Positions 21,348 through 30,312 of a stretch of DNA of 64,000 bases are shown in pieces. A program made the position numbers and the translations under genes. Position 1 is the first letter of the stretch, and each line of letters starts with the position of its first letter. The notes beneath the pieces are model-generated. The model was given only the letters and a program-made list of their open reading frames with translations. It did no database searches and had not been told where the DNA came from. The stretch lies in the NCBI GenBank assembly GCA_020060385.1, contig JAGVAH010000044.1, positions 7,235-71,234 on the forward strand, in the 5' to 3' direction. The stretch is from Syntrophobacterales bacterium. Lineage in GTDB: Bacteria; Desulfobacterota; Desulfobaccia; Desulfobaccales; 0-14-0-80-60-11.

Positions 21348-21932
21348 ATGACCCCCTTAAGCCGCATCACCCGCAAGACCAAGGAAACCGAGGTGGAGTT
21401 GGAACTGGAACTGGACGGCCGGGGCGAGGCCCAGATCCAGACCGGCATTCCCTTCCTGGACCACATGCTGCACCTCTTCGCGGCCCACGGCTACTTTGAT
21501 TTAAAGGTCCAGGCCCAGGGCGACCTGCACGTGGACCAGCACCACACCGTGGAAGACATCGGCATCTGCCTGGGCCGCGCCATTAAGGAGGCCCTGAAGC
21601 AGCGCCCCGGGGTGCGCCGCTATGGAGAGGCCCGGGTGCCCATGGACGAGGCCCTGGCGATGGTAACCCTGGACCTGAGCAACCGCCCCTTTCTCCATTT
21701 CCAGGTGACCTTCCCCCCGGGCGCGGCGGGCCTGGACCCCCAACTGGTGAAGGAGTTCTGGCGGGCGGTGTGCGTCCACGGGGGCATTACTTTACATATC
21801 TGCGTGCCCTACGGGGAGAACACCCACCACATCATCGAGGCCGTGTTCAAGGCCGCGGGCCGGGCCCTGGACCAGGCCACCCAGCCGGAACCGAGGGCCC
21901 AGGGCGTGCCCTCCACTAAAGGAGTGTTGTGA
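21348..21932 (+). CDS. hisB: Imidazoleglycerol-phosphate dehydratase
   Basis: RKTKETE; TGIPFLDHML; DQHHTVED; PMDEAL; NTHHIIEAVFK; PSTKGVL. Confidence 0.97.
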   Translation: MTPLSRITRKTKETEVELELELDGRGEAQIQTGIPFLDHMLHLFAAHGYFDLKVQAQGDLHVDQHHTVEDIGICLGRAIKEALKQRPGVRRYGEARVPMDEALAMVTLDLSNRPFLHFQVTFPPGAAGLDPQLVKEFWRAVCVHGGITLHICVPYGENTHHIIEAVFKAAGRALDQATQPEPRAQGVPSTKGVL

Positions 21933-22128
21933 GGGGAATGATTAGAGATTGTGGGGGAGGGCCAGGGAGCTTTTTGCCAAGGGCGCCCTGCCCTCCCCCC
22001 CCCCCCTTCCCAACCCTAGAAAATGTAGGGTGGGCCTGGCCCACCAATACCTTGCGGCTGGTCCGGGTCCACCCTACCATCTTTTAACTTGGAACCAGGA
22101 ACTCGGAACTTATCAGTGGCTTCCCGCC

Positions 22129-22935
22129 ATGAAAATCTGTAAAACCGTCGTATTTGCACTTTTCCTGGCACTTGCGGTATTGCCCCCATTCCTTTACGCC
22201 CAACCGCTGACCGCAGATTATCTGGCCGCGGTGGCCCTGGCCAGTCAAGGCAAATTTTCTGAAGCCAGCAAGGCCTTTCAGGAAATCATCGCCGCGGCCC
22301 CTCCCCACGAGCGGGCCCGGCGCTGCCTGCACATCCTGGAAGACCTGGAAGCTAAGAAGATTAACGAGGAGACGGCTGCCCACCTCTTCCAGGGCTTGGC
22401 GTACTTTTATCAGGACAAATTTTCGGAGGCCCTGGCCGAGGCCAACCTGGCCTTGCAGATCAACCCCCGATACAAGAGGGCCTATAACACCCGGGGCGGG
22501 GTCTATTTGGGGCTGGGCCAGACCGACCAGGCCCTGGCCGACTACAACCGGGCCTTGCAGCTAGATCCCGGATATGCCGGGGCTTACTATAACCGGGGCT
22601 GCGTCTATTTAAGGACCAAACAATATGGCCGGGCCATCGCCGATTTCGACCGGGCCCTGAAGATAACCCCCCAATATGCCAGCGCCTGCTATAACCGGGG
22701 CGTCGCCCATTTCCAGAAGGGGCAATTTTTATGGGCCTTGGCGGACTTTAACCGGGCCCTGGAAATCAATCCCCGCTTGGCGGAAGCCCACATGAATCGA
22801 GGCCTCACCCTGGAGGAATTGGGTAAAGAAAAGGAAGCAGTGGCGGCCTATAAAAAATTTCTGCAATCCGCCCCCCCGGGCCTCAGCCAGGAAATCAGTT
22901 ATGTCCGGAAAAGACTGGAAGTCCTGGCAAAATAG
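22129..22935 (+). CDS. Secreted TPR-repeat protein
   Basis: Signal peptide; repeated AYYNRG...ADFDRAL units. Confidence 0.88.
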   Translation: MKICKTVVFALFLALAVLPPFLYAQPLTADYLAAVALASQGKFSEASKAFQEIIAAAPPHERARRCLHILEDLEAKKINEETAAHLFQGLAYFYQDKFSEALAEANLALQINPRYKRAYNTRGGVYLGLGQTDQALADYNRALQLDPGYAGAYYNRGCVYLRTKQYGRAIADFDRALKITPQYASACYNRGVAHFQKGQFLWALADFNRALEINPRLAEAHMNRGLTLEELGKEKEAVAAYKKFLQSAPPGLSQEISYVRKRLEVLAK

Positions 22936-23091
22936 CCTGGACGGCCGCGGCCCGGGCCCTTAACTTATCTTAGGATTAGCAAAGGATTTCCATTTCCAGC
23001 CCTTCTCTCCCAGGGAGGGAGAGAGGCGGGGGGAGGAGGGCGGTAATTGCCGCCTGGCTCCCCTGCCCCGGAAATGAGGAGAAGGACAAAG

Positions 23092-23547
23092 ATGCCCCAG
23101 TTCCCAAAGATTTTTGTCTTGCTGGCCGCCGCGGCCCTGCTCCTGGCCAGCGCCGCCCCTCCGGCTTGCCCCCGCTCCTCCACGATGCAGAATTACTGGG
23201 AGAAAAGGTTTCAAGAAATGGATCAAAATGGGGACGGCAGAGTCAGCCTGGCGGAGTACATCGCCTTTTTTGGAGAAGGCTCTCCCCAGCGGCGGCGCTA
23301 TGTGGAATATGAATTCCGGAAGTACGACCGTAATGGCGATGGCTTCATCACCCATGAGGAGCACTTTACTCCGGTGACTTTAAGGGATGAATTCAGGGCC
23401 CTGGACCAAGACCGGGACGGCCGGGTCAGCCGGAGTGAATTTCTGGATGCAGATATCATCTTCCAACCTCTGGACCGCAACCATGACGGCTTCATCACCC
23501 TGGAGGAATATTTGTACGGCTACCGTAATCCGACTTCCAAAAGATAA
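23092..23547 (+). CDS. Exported EF-hand calcium-binding protein
   Basis: Four loops DQNGDGRVSLAE, DRNGDGFITHEE, DQDRDGRVSRSE, DRNHDGFITLEE; signal peptide. Confidence 0.88.
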   Translation: MPQFPKIFVLLAAAALLLASAAPPACPRSSTMQNYWEKRFQEMDQNGDGRVSLAEYIAFFGEGSPQRRRYVEYEFRKYDRNGDGFITHEEHFTPVTLRDEFRALDQDRDGRVSRSEFLDADIIFQPLDRNHDGFITLEEYLYGYRNPTSKR

Positions 23548-23591
23548 CTTGTTGCGGCCAACCGCGATCGTGGTCCGGCCACCACCAAGGA

Positions 23592-24017
23592 ATGATTATG
23601 AGCTATCGGGCCCTTATTTTCGACGACCAGCCGGAGATTCGCTTGGTTTTATGGAGACTCTTCGACGGCAGAGGTTATGAAGTCTTCACCTTCCCCCACC
23701 CCGCCATCTGCCCCCTCCACCAGGAAGATCAATGTCCCTGCCCCGCGAACCAGGCATGTGCGGATGTGATTATCTCGGACCTGAATATGCCCATTCAAAA
23801 CGGGCTGGTTTTCCTGGAAGAGCAAATTACCAAGGGCTGCCGCTGCCAGAACTTGGCCCTGATGTCCGGAGAATTATCCCCGGAAGAGATTGCCAAGGCG
23901 GAAGCCTTGGGAATCAAGGTCTTTGTCAAGCCCTTCAGACTGGCGGAAATCATCAGTTGGCTGGAGCAGATTGAGAAGGGGATCGACCCCCACAGGCATC
24001 TATCCCAATGGTTTTAA
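23592..24017 (+). CDS. Single-domain response regulator with a Cys-rich insertion
   Basis: LIFDD; IISDLNMP (phospho-Asp); MSG; KPF; insert CPLHQEDQCPCPANQAC. Confidence 0.85.
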   Translation: MIMSYRALIFDDQPEIRLVLWRLFDGRGYEVFTFPHPAICPLHQEDQCPCPANQACADVIISDLNMPIQNGLVFLEEQITKGCRCQNLALMSGELSPEEIAKAEALGIKVFVKPFRLAEIISWLEQIEKGIDPHRHLSQWF

Positions 24018-24140
24018 TAAAGGACGCCCTCCAGCGGCCAAGATTAGCCCCAGAGGCGGGGTGCCCCCGGCGGGAGTAGAGGGGGCTTGGGGCGGGGTAA
24101 GTAAGTCCCGTTTTGCTCATCCTCCTCCAATTGTCTATAG

Positions 24141-24265
24141 GCTATTGCAAAACCTATTTTTCTTGTCACTCTGAGCCGCAGGCGAAGGGTCTATTCTTTG
24201 AAATTCCTAGATTCTTCGCTTCGCTCAGAATGACAATTTGGCAGATCAGGAGGTTTTGCAATAGC
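24141..24265. repeat. MITE/REP-like palindromic element (GTCAYYCTGAGC family)
   Basis: Perfect 15-bp terminal inverted repeat gctattgcaaaacct/aggttttgcaatagc around tgtcactctgagc...gctcagaatgaca; the core recurs at 37002-37067. Confidence 0.8.
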
Positions 24266-24267
24266 TT

Positions 24268-24747
24268 TTAGGGAAACATCCTGGGGGCGATCTCCAGGAG
24301 CACCTTCCTCCGGGTGATGATCCCCACCGGCCTGGAGTCGGCGTCCACCACCGCCACCAGGTGCAGCCTTTTTCCCAGGATCAGCTCACAGGCCGTGGCA
24401 AAGCTGGCGTCGGCCCGGACCGACCACTTTTTAGCCCCCATCAATTCCCCCACCTTTTTGATGCCCATCAGTTCGCAGAGGTTGAAGAACGACTCCCCCC
24501 AACCCTTCTTCCTCCCGGGCTGGTCACAGGCCTGGCGATAGAGCCCGGCCAGCTCTTTCATCAAATCATCCAGGGTGAATAAACCGGCGTATTTCCCGGC
24601 CCCGTCCGCCACCACCAACCCCGGGGCATGGGGCGGCCCCTCCAGGTTCTTCTTGATGGCCTCATAGGCTTCTTTAAGATGCGCCTCCCCCTGGATGGCG
24701 GCAAAGGACGCGGTCATCATTTCCCGGTTGGTCTCTTGAAACTCCAT
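24268..24747 (-). CDS. CBS-domain protein
   Basis: Two CBS-like units (LVVADGAGKYAGLFTLDDL; AVVDADSRPVGIITRRKVL). Confidence 0.85.
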   Translation of the reverse strand: MEFQETNREMMTASFAAIQGEAHLKEAYEAIKKNLEGPPHAPGLVVADGAGKYAGLFTLDDLMKELAGLYRQACDQPGRKKGWGESFFNLCELMGIKKVGELMGAKKWSVRADASFATACELILGKRLHLVAVVDADSRPVGIITRRKVLLEIAPRMFP

Positions 24748-24799
24748 GGGTCTGCCTCCTTGAGAGGCAAAGTAATTACTCCCCGGCCCTCCGGCAAGA

Positions 24800-25756
24800 T
24801 CAGGGGGCCAGGAGGGTGAAAACCACGGGCACCGCGGCCAGGCTGAGGATGATGGTGCCGAAGGACAGGGCTGCGACCGTGGGCGCGGCGCAGCGGTACT
24901 GGGTGGCGAAGACCACCCCCAAGATGGCGGAAGGCATGGCGCTCTCCAGGATCAGCACTTCACTCTGCTGCCAGGTGAGCCCGAAGATATGGGTCTGCCC
25001 ATACCCCAGCCAGGGTTGCAGGCCCAATTTAATGACCGCGGCCACAGCCAGCAGAACCAATAACGGCCGCCAGTCATAGTCCAGCCGCAATTCCACCGCC
25101 AAAATGAGACACGATAAGAGGGCGATGGCCGCATCAATCATGGAGCAGGCGGAAAATAAAGGCGCCAGCCAAGGTTGGGTCGGATCAAACCCCAGGGGCG
25201 CCAGGAACAACCCCACCACCAGGGCCGCAAAGATGGGAGAGCGGAAATAGCTCCCCAGGGCCCGGCGCCGGGCTGCGGGATCGGACCCGGAAGCTCCCCA
25301 ATACACGGCGATCCCCACCCCCAGGGTGAATATGGGCAGTCCCATGCCCAACTCGCTGATGAGGATGGCGTCCGTCATGGCCCCGGGGTCGCCGGGAAAG
25401 GCGTATTGCACCAGGGGGTAGCCGATGAGCGTGGACGAACTGAACCCGGAGGCCAGCATCAGGGCCCCGGTGCGGCCGCGATCCAGCCGGAGGAGGCGGG
25501 CCGCGACCCAGGCCACGGCCACACAAATGCAGACGGCCACCATGATGGGGACGACCATGAGGGCCTGTTGGGCCGACACCCGGTTCAAGGCCAGATGGTA
25601 AACAATGGCCGCAGGTATGGCCGCCTTGGTCAGGAGTCCGGTAAAAATAGGATTGTGCTCCTCCTGGATGACCCCCTGCCGCTTCAGCCCCAGGCAGACC
25701 AGCACCACCAAGGCAAAGGCCGCCACGGTCTGGAAGATCTGGAGATTGTGAGACAT
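24800..25756 (-). CDS. AEC (auxin efflux carrier) family transporter
   Basis: About 10 TM segments; IGYPL; PIFAAL; KLGLQP; AMPSA. Confidence 0.85.
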   Translation of the reverse strand: MSHNLQIFQTVAAFALVVLVCLGLKRQGVIQEEHNPIFTGLLTKAAIPAAIVYHLALNRVSAQQALMVVPIMVAVCICVAVAWVAARLLRLDRGRTGALMLASGFSSSTLIGYPLVQYAFPGDPGAMTDAILISELGMGLPIFTLGVGIAVYWGASGSDPAARRRALGSYFRSPIFAALVVGLFLAPLGFDPTQPWLAPLFSACSMIDAAIALLSCLILAVELRLDYDWRPLLVLLAVAAVIKLGLQPWLGYGQTHIFGLTWQQSEVLILESAMPSAILGVVFATQYRCAAPTVAALSFGTIILSLAAVPVVFTLLAP

Positions 25757-25796
25757 AACCGCCAACCCTGGTCAGATTATTGGGGCAGTGCGGCTC

Positions 25797-26714
25797 TCAG
25801 GCCACCACCGCCCAGGCAAAATGGGCATGTTCGCAGGCATGATAGCCATCTGTACGCCCCCGGAAAAAGCGCTCCTGGATCACCTCCGGGCCCAGATTCT
25901 CCCGGAGGCGCAGGCCTTCTCCGGCCAGGTCCCCCTCCAAAGCCCCGGGAGCCAGGCCGGTGATCATGGGCTCCCCCACCCGGCTGACAATCTCCATCAT
26001 GATTTGCACCCGCCGGGAGACCCTTGCGGGCACGAAGGCGTCGGTATCCAGATAATCGAAGACGACCCCGCTGCCCGGGGGCGCTGCCTCGCTGATGGCC
26101 CGCCAGGTGCTGAACAACGCCTCCCGGGGCAGGTAATAAGTCACCCCCAGCCAGCTAAAAAAGGTGGGGACCCGGGGGTCAAACGGGGAGCGCCTCAGGG
26201 CCGCGGCCAGATGATCCCGGCCGAAATCCACCGGCAGGAAGTGGAGGTTTCCCGGCGGCTCCAGGCCCGCTTCCCGGAGGCGCTGGCGCTTATGGGCCTG
26301 GGTGGCCGGATGGTCGATCTCGAACACCCGGAGTTGCGCCAGCAGGTCCGGGCGCCGCCAGGCAAAGCTGTCCATCCCCGCGCCCAGGATCACATACTGC
26401 CTGGCCCCCTGGCCCACGGCCTGCTCCAGGAGGTCTTCCGTGTACCGGGCATGGGCCAGGACGATGGCGGGCGCGCCGGCGATGGCCATCCAGCAGGCCA
26501 GGGCCCCGGCCCGCTGCGGATAGGCCGCAGCCAGGTCCGGATAAAATACCTGCAAGGCCCGGAGGTGCCGCTCCTCGCTGGTCCGGTATTCTTCCACAGT
26601 CAGCAAGCGCTGGGCCAGAGGATCTTCGAAGATGGGGGGCTGGACATGGGCCGCGTGGTAAGCCCGCATGAACGCGGTGCCCATGGCCGTCCTGCTATAT
26701 TCGCCGCTTTGCAT
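25797..26714 (-). CDS. SAM-dependent methyltransferase (leucine carboxyl methyltransferase-like family)
   Basis: SRTA...A..RA; FEDPLA; QYVILGAGMDS; FEIDHPATQ; WLGVTYYL. Confidence 0.9.
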   Translation of the reverse strand: MQSGEYSRTAMGTAFMRAYHAAHVQPPIFEDPLAQRLLTVEEYRTSEERHLRALQVFYPDLAAAYPQRAGALACWMAIAGAPAIVLAHARYTEDLLEQAVGQGARQYVILGAGMDSFAWRRPDLLAQLRVFEIDHPATQAHKRQRLREAGLEPPGNLHFLPVDFGRDHLAAALRRSPFDPRVPTFFSWLGVTYYLPREALFSTWRAISEAAPPGSGVVFDYLDTDAFVPARVSRRVQIMMEIVSRVGEPMITGLAPGALEGDLAGEGLRLRENLGPEVIQERFFRGRTDGYHACEHAHFAWAVVA

Positions 26715-26794
26715 GCTTCACCTTGGGTTTCTTGGGTAAGCCGGTTTCCTTCGTGCCCGAACCAGCCTTGGGCACAAGACCTATCATCCCTATT

Positions 26795-27181
26795 TTATTT
26801 AAGAAATTCCCTATAAAGTTTCTTGGCGCACTCAGGACAAATGCCATGGGAAAACTGCAAATCCGATTTTCCGGAGATGATTTGTTCGAGGCTGACCCAA
26901 TGACCATTTAATTCCTTAACCTTTTTGCATGAACCGCAGATTACCATGAACCCTTCCAGGTACTTGATCCTATTAATAAATTGCCAGGTCCAGTAAACCG
27001 TTATACTGCCGATGATGAGGATGCCTGCGGTTTCGATTAGGACCTGTCTTAAGTTGAATGGGGGATCAAAGTATTCGGTAAGCCAACAGGTCAAAATGAT
27101 GAATAAAAATCCAATAATCTCAAAGACTAAAGCCATTTTCAGGGCGCGGGTCTTAGATAATTCCTCTCCAGGACCTGTCAT
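26795..27181 (-). CDS. Small two-TM protein with a C-terminal Cys/His motif domain
   Basis: Two hydrophobic helices, then ICGSCKKVK...W...FSHGICPEC; AT-rich. Confidence 0.75.
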   Translation of the reverse strand: MTGPGEELSKTRALKMALVFEIIGFLFIILTCWLTEYFDPPFNLRQVLIETAGILIIGSITVYWTWQFINRIKYLEGFMVICGSCKKVKELNGHWVSLEQIISGKSDLQFSHGICPECAKKLYREFLK

Positions 27182-27418
27182 CGGCCTATCCTCATGTTAT
27201 GTCTAATTATTTTTCTTTAAACTCCCTTACAGGGCCAATGGTTTAAAAGAGACACAAATGCGTATGCCGACATATTCTGCCTGATTTCCTTATAAAATTC
27301 AAATGGCTTGCCAATTCTCATCCAGGCCGCCTCTTTTCCTATTTTCAAGGAATTCTTTTTAACCACGCTCCCTCCCCTCCCCCTTGCTTTCTCCCTGATG
27401 ATGCTTACTAGTATAATT

Positions 27419-27789
27419 GCCGGGAAGTTCAGTCCCAGCACCATAGGGGTTAGGGGTAGGCGGCTTGAGGCCGGGCCCCGAAGGGTAGGGCCGCCCGCGG
27501 GATTGAAACTCTAGGCGATCTGCTTCGGTTAAGAGCAACAGCCGGTCCGGCCCAAATTTAACCAGGCCCGGCTGGGCGCTGATTGCCGGTAGCGGCAATG
27601 GCTGCCGGCTCTGCGGCGGAAGCAGAGGCAGTGACCACGGAACCAGAGACGTAAGATTGAGTCCGGCGTTACTTTCCCCTTTAAAGGTGGAAAGAGGTTT
27701 CGTGGAGTGGGGAAGACCGGGAATTCCGGATGGTTGTAATTAGTTAAGGAAGTATCCATCCGGATTCCCGGCTTCCCTTTCGCCTTTTT
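27419..27789 (+). ncRNA. Putative structured ncRNA of unknown class, copy 1
   Basis: No credible ORF; at least six helices conserved with copy 2; promoter-like TTGCTT...TAGTATAAT upstream; long 3' hairpin with a pyrimidine/U tail. Confidence 0.7.
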
Positions 27790-27978
27790 GCCCCAGTTTT
27801 TTCCCGCATACCCCAAATTCCCCGGCGAACTGGGAACGCCTCATCAGTCCAAGTCTGTGGCACCATCGCCTCTCTCCGGGGGCCCCGGACCCGCGTCATT
27901 CTGCCGCTAGCAATTTTTTTCCAAAAATTTTTTCCCTCCCCCCTTGTTTTTCTCCCAAGGATGTTTACCAATATATGA

Positions 27979-28350
27979 GCCGAGACAATCAGTCCGGGCG
28001 CCGGCAAGGTGAACGGGAGACGACCTGCGGGTCGCACCCTAAAGCGGGTGGAGGGTCGCTCGCGGGACTGAAGGTCATGGCAACCTGCTTCGGCCCCGAG
28101 CAACAGCCGGTCCGACCCAATTAACAACTAGTGGCCGGCTGGGCGCTGATCGCCGGCCGCGGCGATAGATGCCGGCTCCGCTGCGGAAGCAGAGGCAGTA
28201 GCCACGAAACTTCGGGACGTAGTTAAGAGCCCGGTGGCGCTTCGCATCTGGCGGAGAGCAGGGTTTCGTGGACCGGGGAAGCCCGGGCAGCCCGGCTGGT
28301 TTACCTCCTGGAGAGGACAACCCCGGGGCCCGGCTTCCCCTTCTCTGTTT
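27979..28350 (+). ncRNA. Putative structured ncRNA of unknown class, copy 2
   Basis: Paralog of copy 1 (offset about 560 nt) with compensatory and wobble-consistent substitutions and a similar upstream region. Confidence 0.7.
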
Positions 28351-28579
28351 GGCCCCTGCTTTATTCCCCCTCAGGAAAATCTCCTCCGGAAGAAATCTCC
28401 CCCCAAGACTTGATGAATCCGGGCCAGGATTAATCACCAGCGCCTCGGGGGAAATGCAGAAATAGAAAAACCGTAAATCATTTCCAATTCTTATGACAAT
28501 TGGTATAACTGGGCAGCATGCAGTCCGGGGTGTGGAGAAGGGCCTCTCTCTACCCCAAACCACGGATTAACGGAGCCTG

Positions 28580-29128
28580 ATGATGACGCCCGAGAAAACC
28601 CTGCCCCCGCCTGGCTGGCGCTTTCATCTGGGTATGGCCTTAATTATCCTGGCTTTAATAAGCCCCCTGGCCATTCCCCTGGTAACCCTGCTGCCCTTGC
28701 CCCTGGCCTGGAAGGCCACCATCTCGGGTTTCCTGCTGGTGGGCGTCCCGGAGGTCCTCAGCCTGCTGGCCGTGGCCTTACTGGGGAAAGCCGGATTCAA
28801 CTATCTCAAGGAAAAGATCTTCAGGATTTTCAAAAGATACGCCTTGCCCCAGGAGGTCAGCCGGGCTCGTTACCGTCTGGGGCTGGTCATGTTTATCCTG
28901 CCGTTGTTCCTGGGCTGGCTGGGAGCCTATGTCTTCCACCTGATCCCGGGCTATGCCGAGCATCGGTTTGTCATCAATTTTACCGGGGATGTCATCTGGC
29001 TCTCCAGCTTGTGGGTGCTGGGCAGCGATTTCTGGGACAAGGTGCGGGCCCTGTTTATCTACCAGGCCAAGGCGGTGCTCCCCCAGAAGGAGGCGATTAA
29101 CGTTACTATCCCGGGGCCGGGCTCATGA
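28580..29128 (+). CDS. Four-TM membrane protein ('transporter suffix' domain-like)
   Basis: GVPEV...AVALLGKAGFNYLK; SLWVLGSDFWDKVRALF. Confidence 0.75.
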   Translation: MMTPEKTLPPPGWRFHLGMALIILALISPLAIPLVTLLPLPLAWKATISGFLLVGVPEVLSLLAVALLGKAGFNYLKEKIFRIFKRYALPQEVSRARYRLGLVMFILPLFLGWLGAYVFHLIPGYAEHRFVINFTGDVIWLSSLWVLGSDFWDKVRALFIYQAKAVLPQKEAINVTIPGPGS

Positions 29129-29294
29129 AATGGGCCCCCAACGCAACCGGCAACTTGGCTTCAGGGCCTGATCATCCCCTGCCCCCAGGCCCGGGAGGAA
29201 AGGAGCCAAGATAGGTTTGCCCCCAGCTCCAGATCGTGGTAAGAATTGGGCAGTTTCTCATGGGCCAGATGGCCCGCCCGTAAAGCATGAAAAC

Positions 29295-29352
29295 TCGGCG
29301 GGCGTCCCGCCCGCCCCTTTAAGGCGCACAGGCTGGAAAGCCTGTGCCACCA
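29295..29352. repeat. REP-like palindromes
   Basis: ggcgggcgtcccgcccgcc and gcacaggctggaaagcctgtgc hairpins; a related element lies at 59692-59757. Confidence 0.65.
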
Positions 29353-29370
29353 ACTTTTCAGGACAGAACA

Positions 29371-30312
29371 ATGGCCAGACCTTTCTGGCTGTCAGAGGCG
29401 CCTATGGAACGGAGGGAGTTTTTGCGGCGGCTGACCCTGGGGCTGGCTGCGGGTTGGGTGGGGGGACGGTGGTGGTGGCCTGCTTCAGCCCGGGCAGGGC
29501 CACCGGGGCTGCGCCTGGCCCTGTTGGCCGACGCGCATCTCCTGGACGGCGATGCGCGCCGGGCCCCGGCCCGGGCCCTGGCCCGGGCGGTGGCGGAGAT
29601 TCGCTCCCTGCGCCCGGCCCCGGATTTGGTGCTCTTCGCGGGGGACCTGGCTCATGACGGCAATCCCCGGGCCCTGGCCATGGGGCGGGAAATCCTTACG
29701 GACCTGCCCGGGTCCCTAGTTGCGGTGAGGGGTGAAGGAGACGGGGCCGCGGCCTGGATCCGCCTCTTTGGGGAGGACCGCTTCTCCCGGTCCTATCCGG
29801 GCTTCCATCTTCTGGGGCTGCATACTGCCCTCACTGCCTCGCCCCAAGGGCCGGTCTTTGAGGTGGGAAAAGAGCAGCGCGGCTGGCTGGCCGGGGAACT
29901 GGCCCGCCTCGACCCTGCTACCCCCCTGGTGGTGCTCTCCCATGCGCCGCTAGACAAAATCTTCCGACCCTGGGGGCAATGGACCCGGGACGGGTCGCAG
30001 GTCATGGGCCTTTTGTCCAGATTTCCCCGGGTTTATTGCTTCCACGGCCATGTGCACCGAGCAGCTGACAGCTTTCAGCTTGCAGCTTTCAGCCATGACT
30101 TGATGGGGCCTGATAATTTATTTCTTACGGAAAACCGAAAACCGCAAACCGAAAACCATCCTCTACCGGCCACGGCCTGGCCTCTCCCCTCCCCTCTCCA
30201 AGGCACCCCCGCCGCGCCCGGCCCCGGCCTGGGGCCCCAGGGCTGCGGCTGGGGCTTGGCGTCTCTGGGGGGCGAGTCCCTGGAATATCACCCCCAATTG
30301 TGGCAAGCGTGA
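29371..30312 (+). CDS. Tat-exported metallophosphoesterase-family protein, partly degenerate
   Basis: RREFL twin-arginine signal; LADAH; AGDL; LSHAP; FHGHVH. The GNHD/GEHD motif reads GEGD. Confidence 0.75.
   Translation: MARPFWLSEAPMERREFLRRLTLGLAAGWVGGRWWWPASARAGPPGLRLALLADAHLLDGDARRAPARALARAVAEIRSLRPAPDLVLFAGDLAHDGNPRALAMGREILTDLPGSLVAVRGEGDGAAAWIRLFGEDRFSRSYPGFHLLGLHTALTASPQGPVFEVGKEQRGWLAGELARLDPATPLVVLSHAPLDKIFRPWGQWTRDGSQVMGLLSRFPRVYCFHGHVHRAADSFQLAAFSHDLMGPDNLFLTENRKPQTENHPLPATAWPLPSPLQGTPAAPGPGLGPQGCGWGLASLGGESLEYHPQLWQA

Noticed and set aside
27419-28350. Tandem elements as SRP RNA, RNase P RNA, glycine riboswitch or CRISPR
   Set aside because: GGAAGCAG is present but pairs with CTGCTTC and lacks the SRP CAGG-GNRA helix context. 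There is no RNase P GAGGAAAGUCC, no conserved glycine GGAGA/CUCUCAGG pair in both copies, and no short repeat-spacer periodicity.
27217-28563. Short ORFs predicted across the ncRNA region
   Set aside because: The two paralogous copies do not share a conserved reading frame with a start, indels follow loops rather than codons, and there are no protein motifs.
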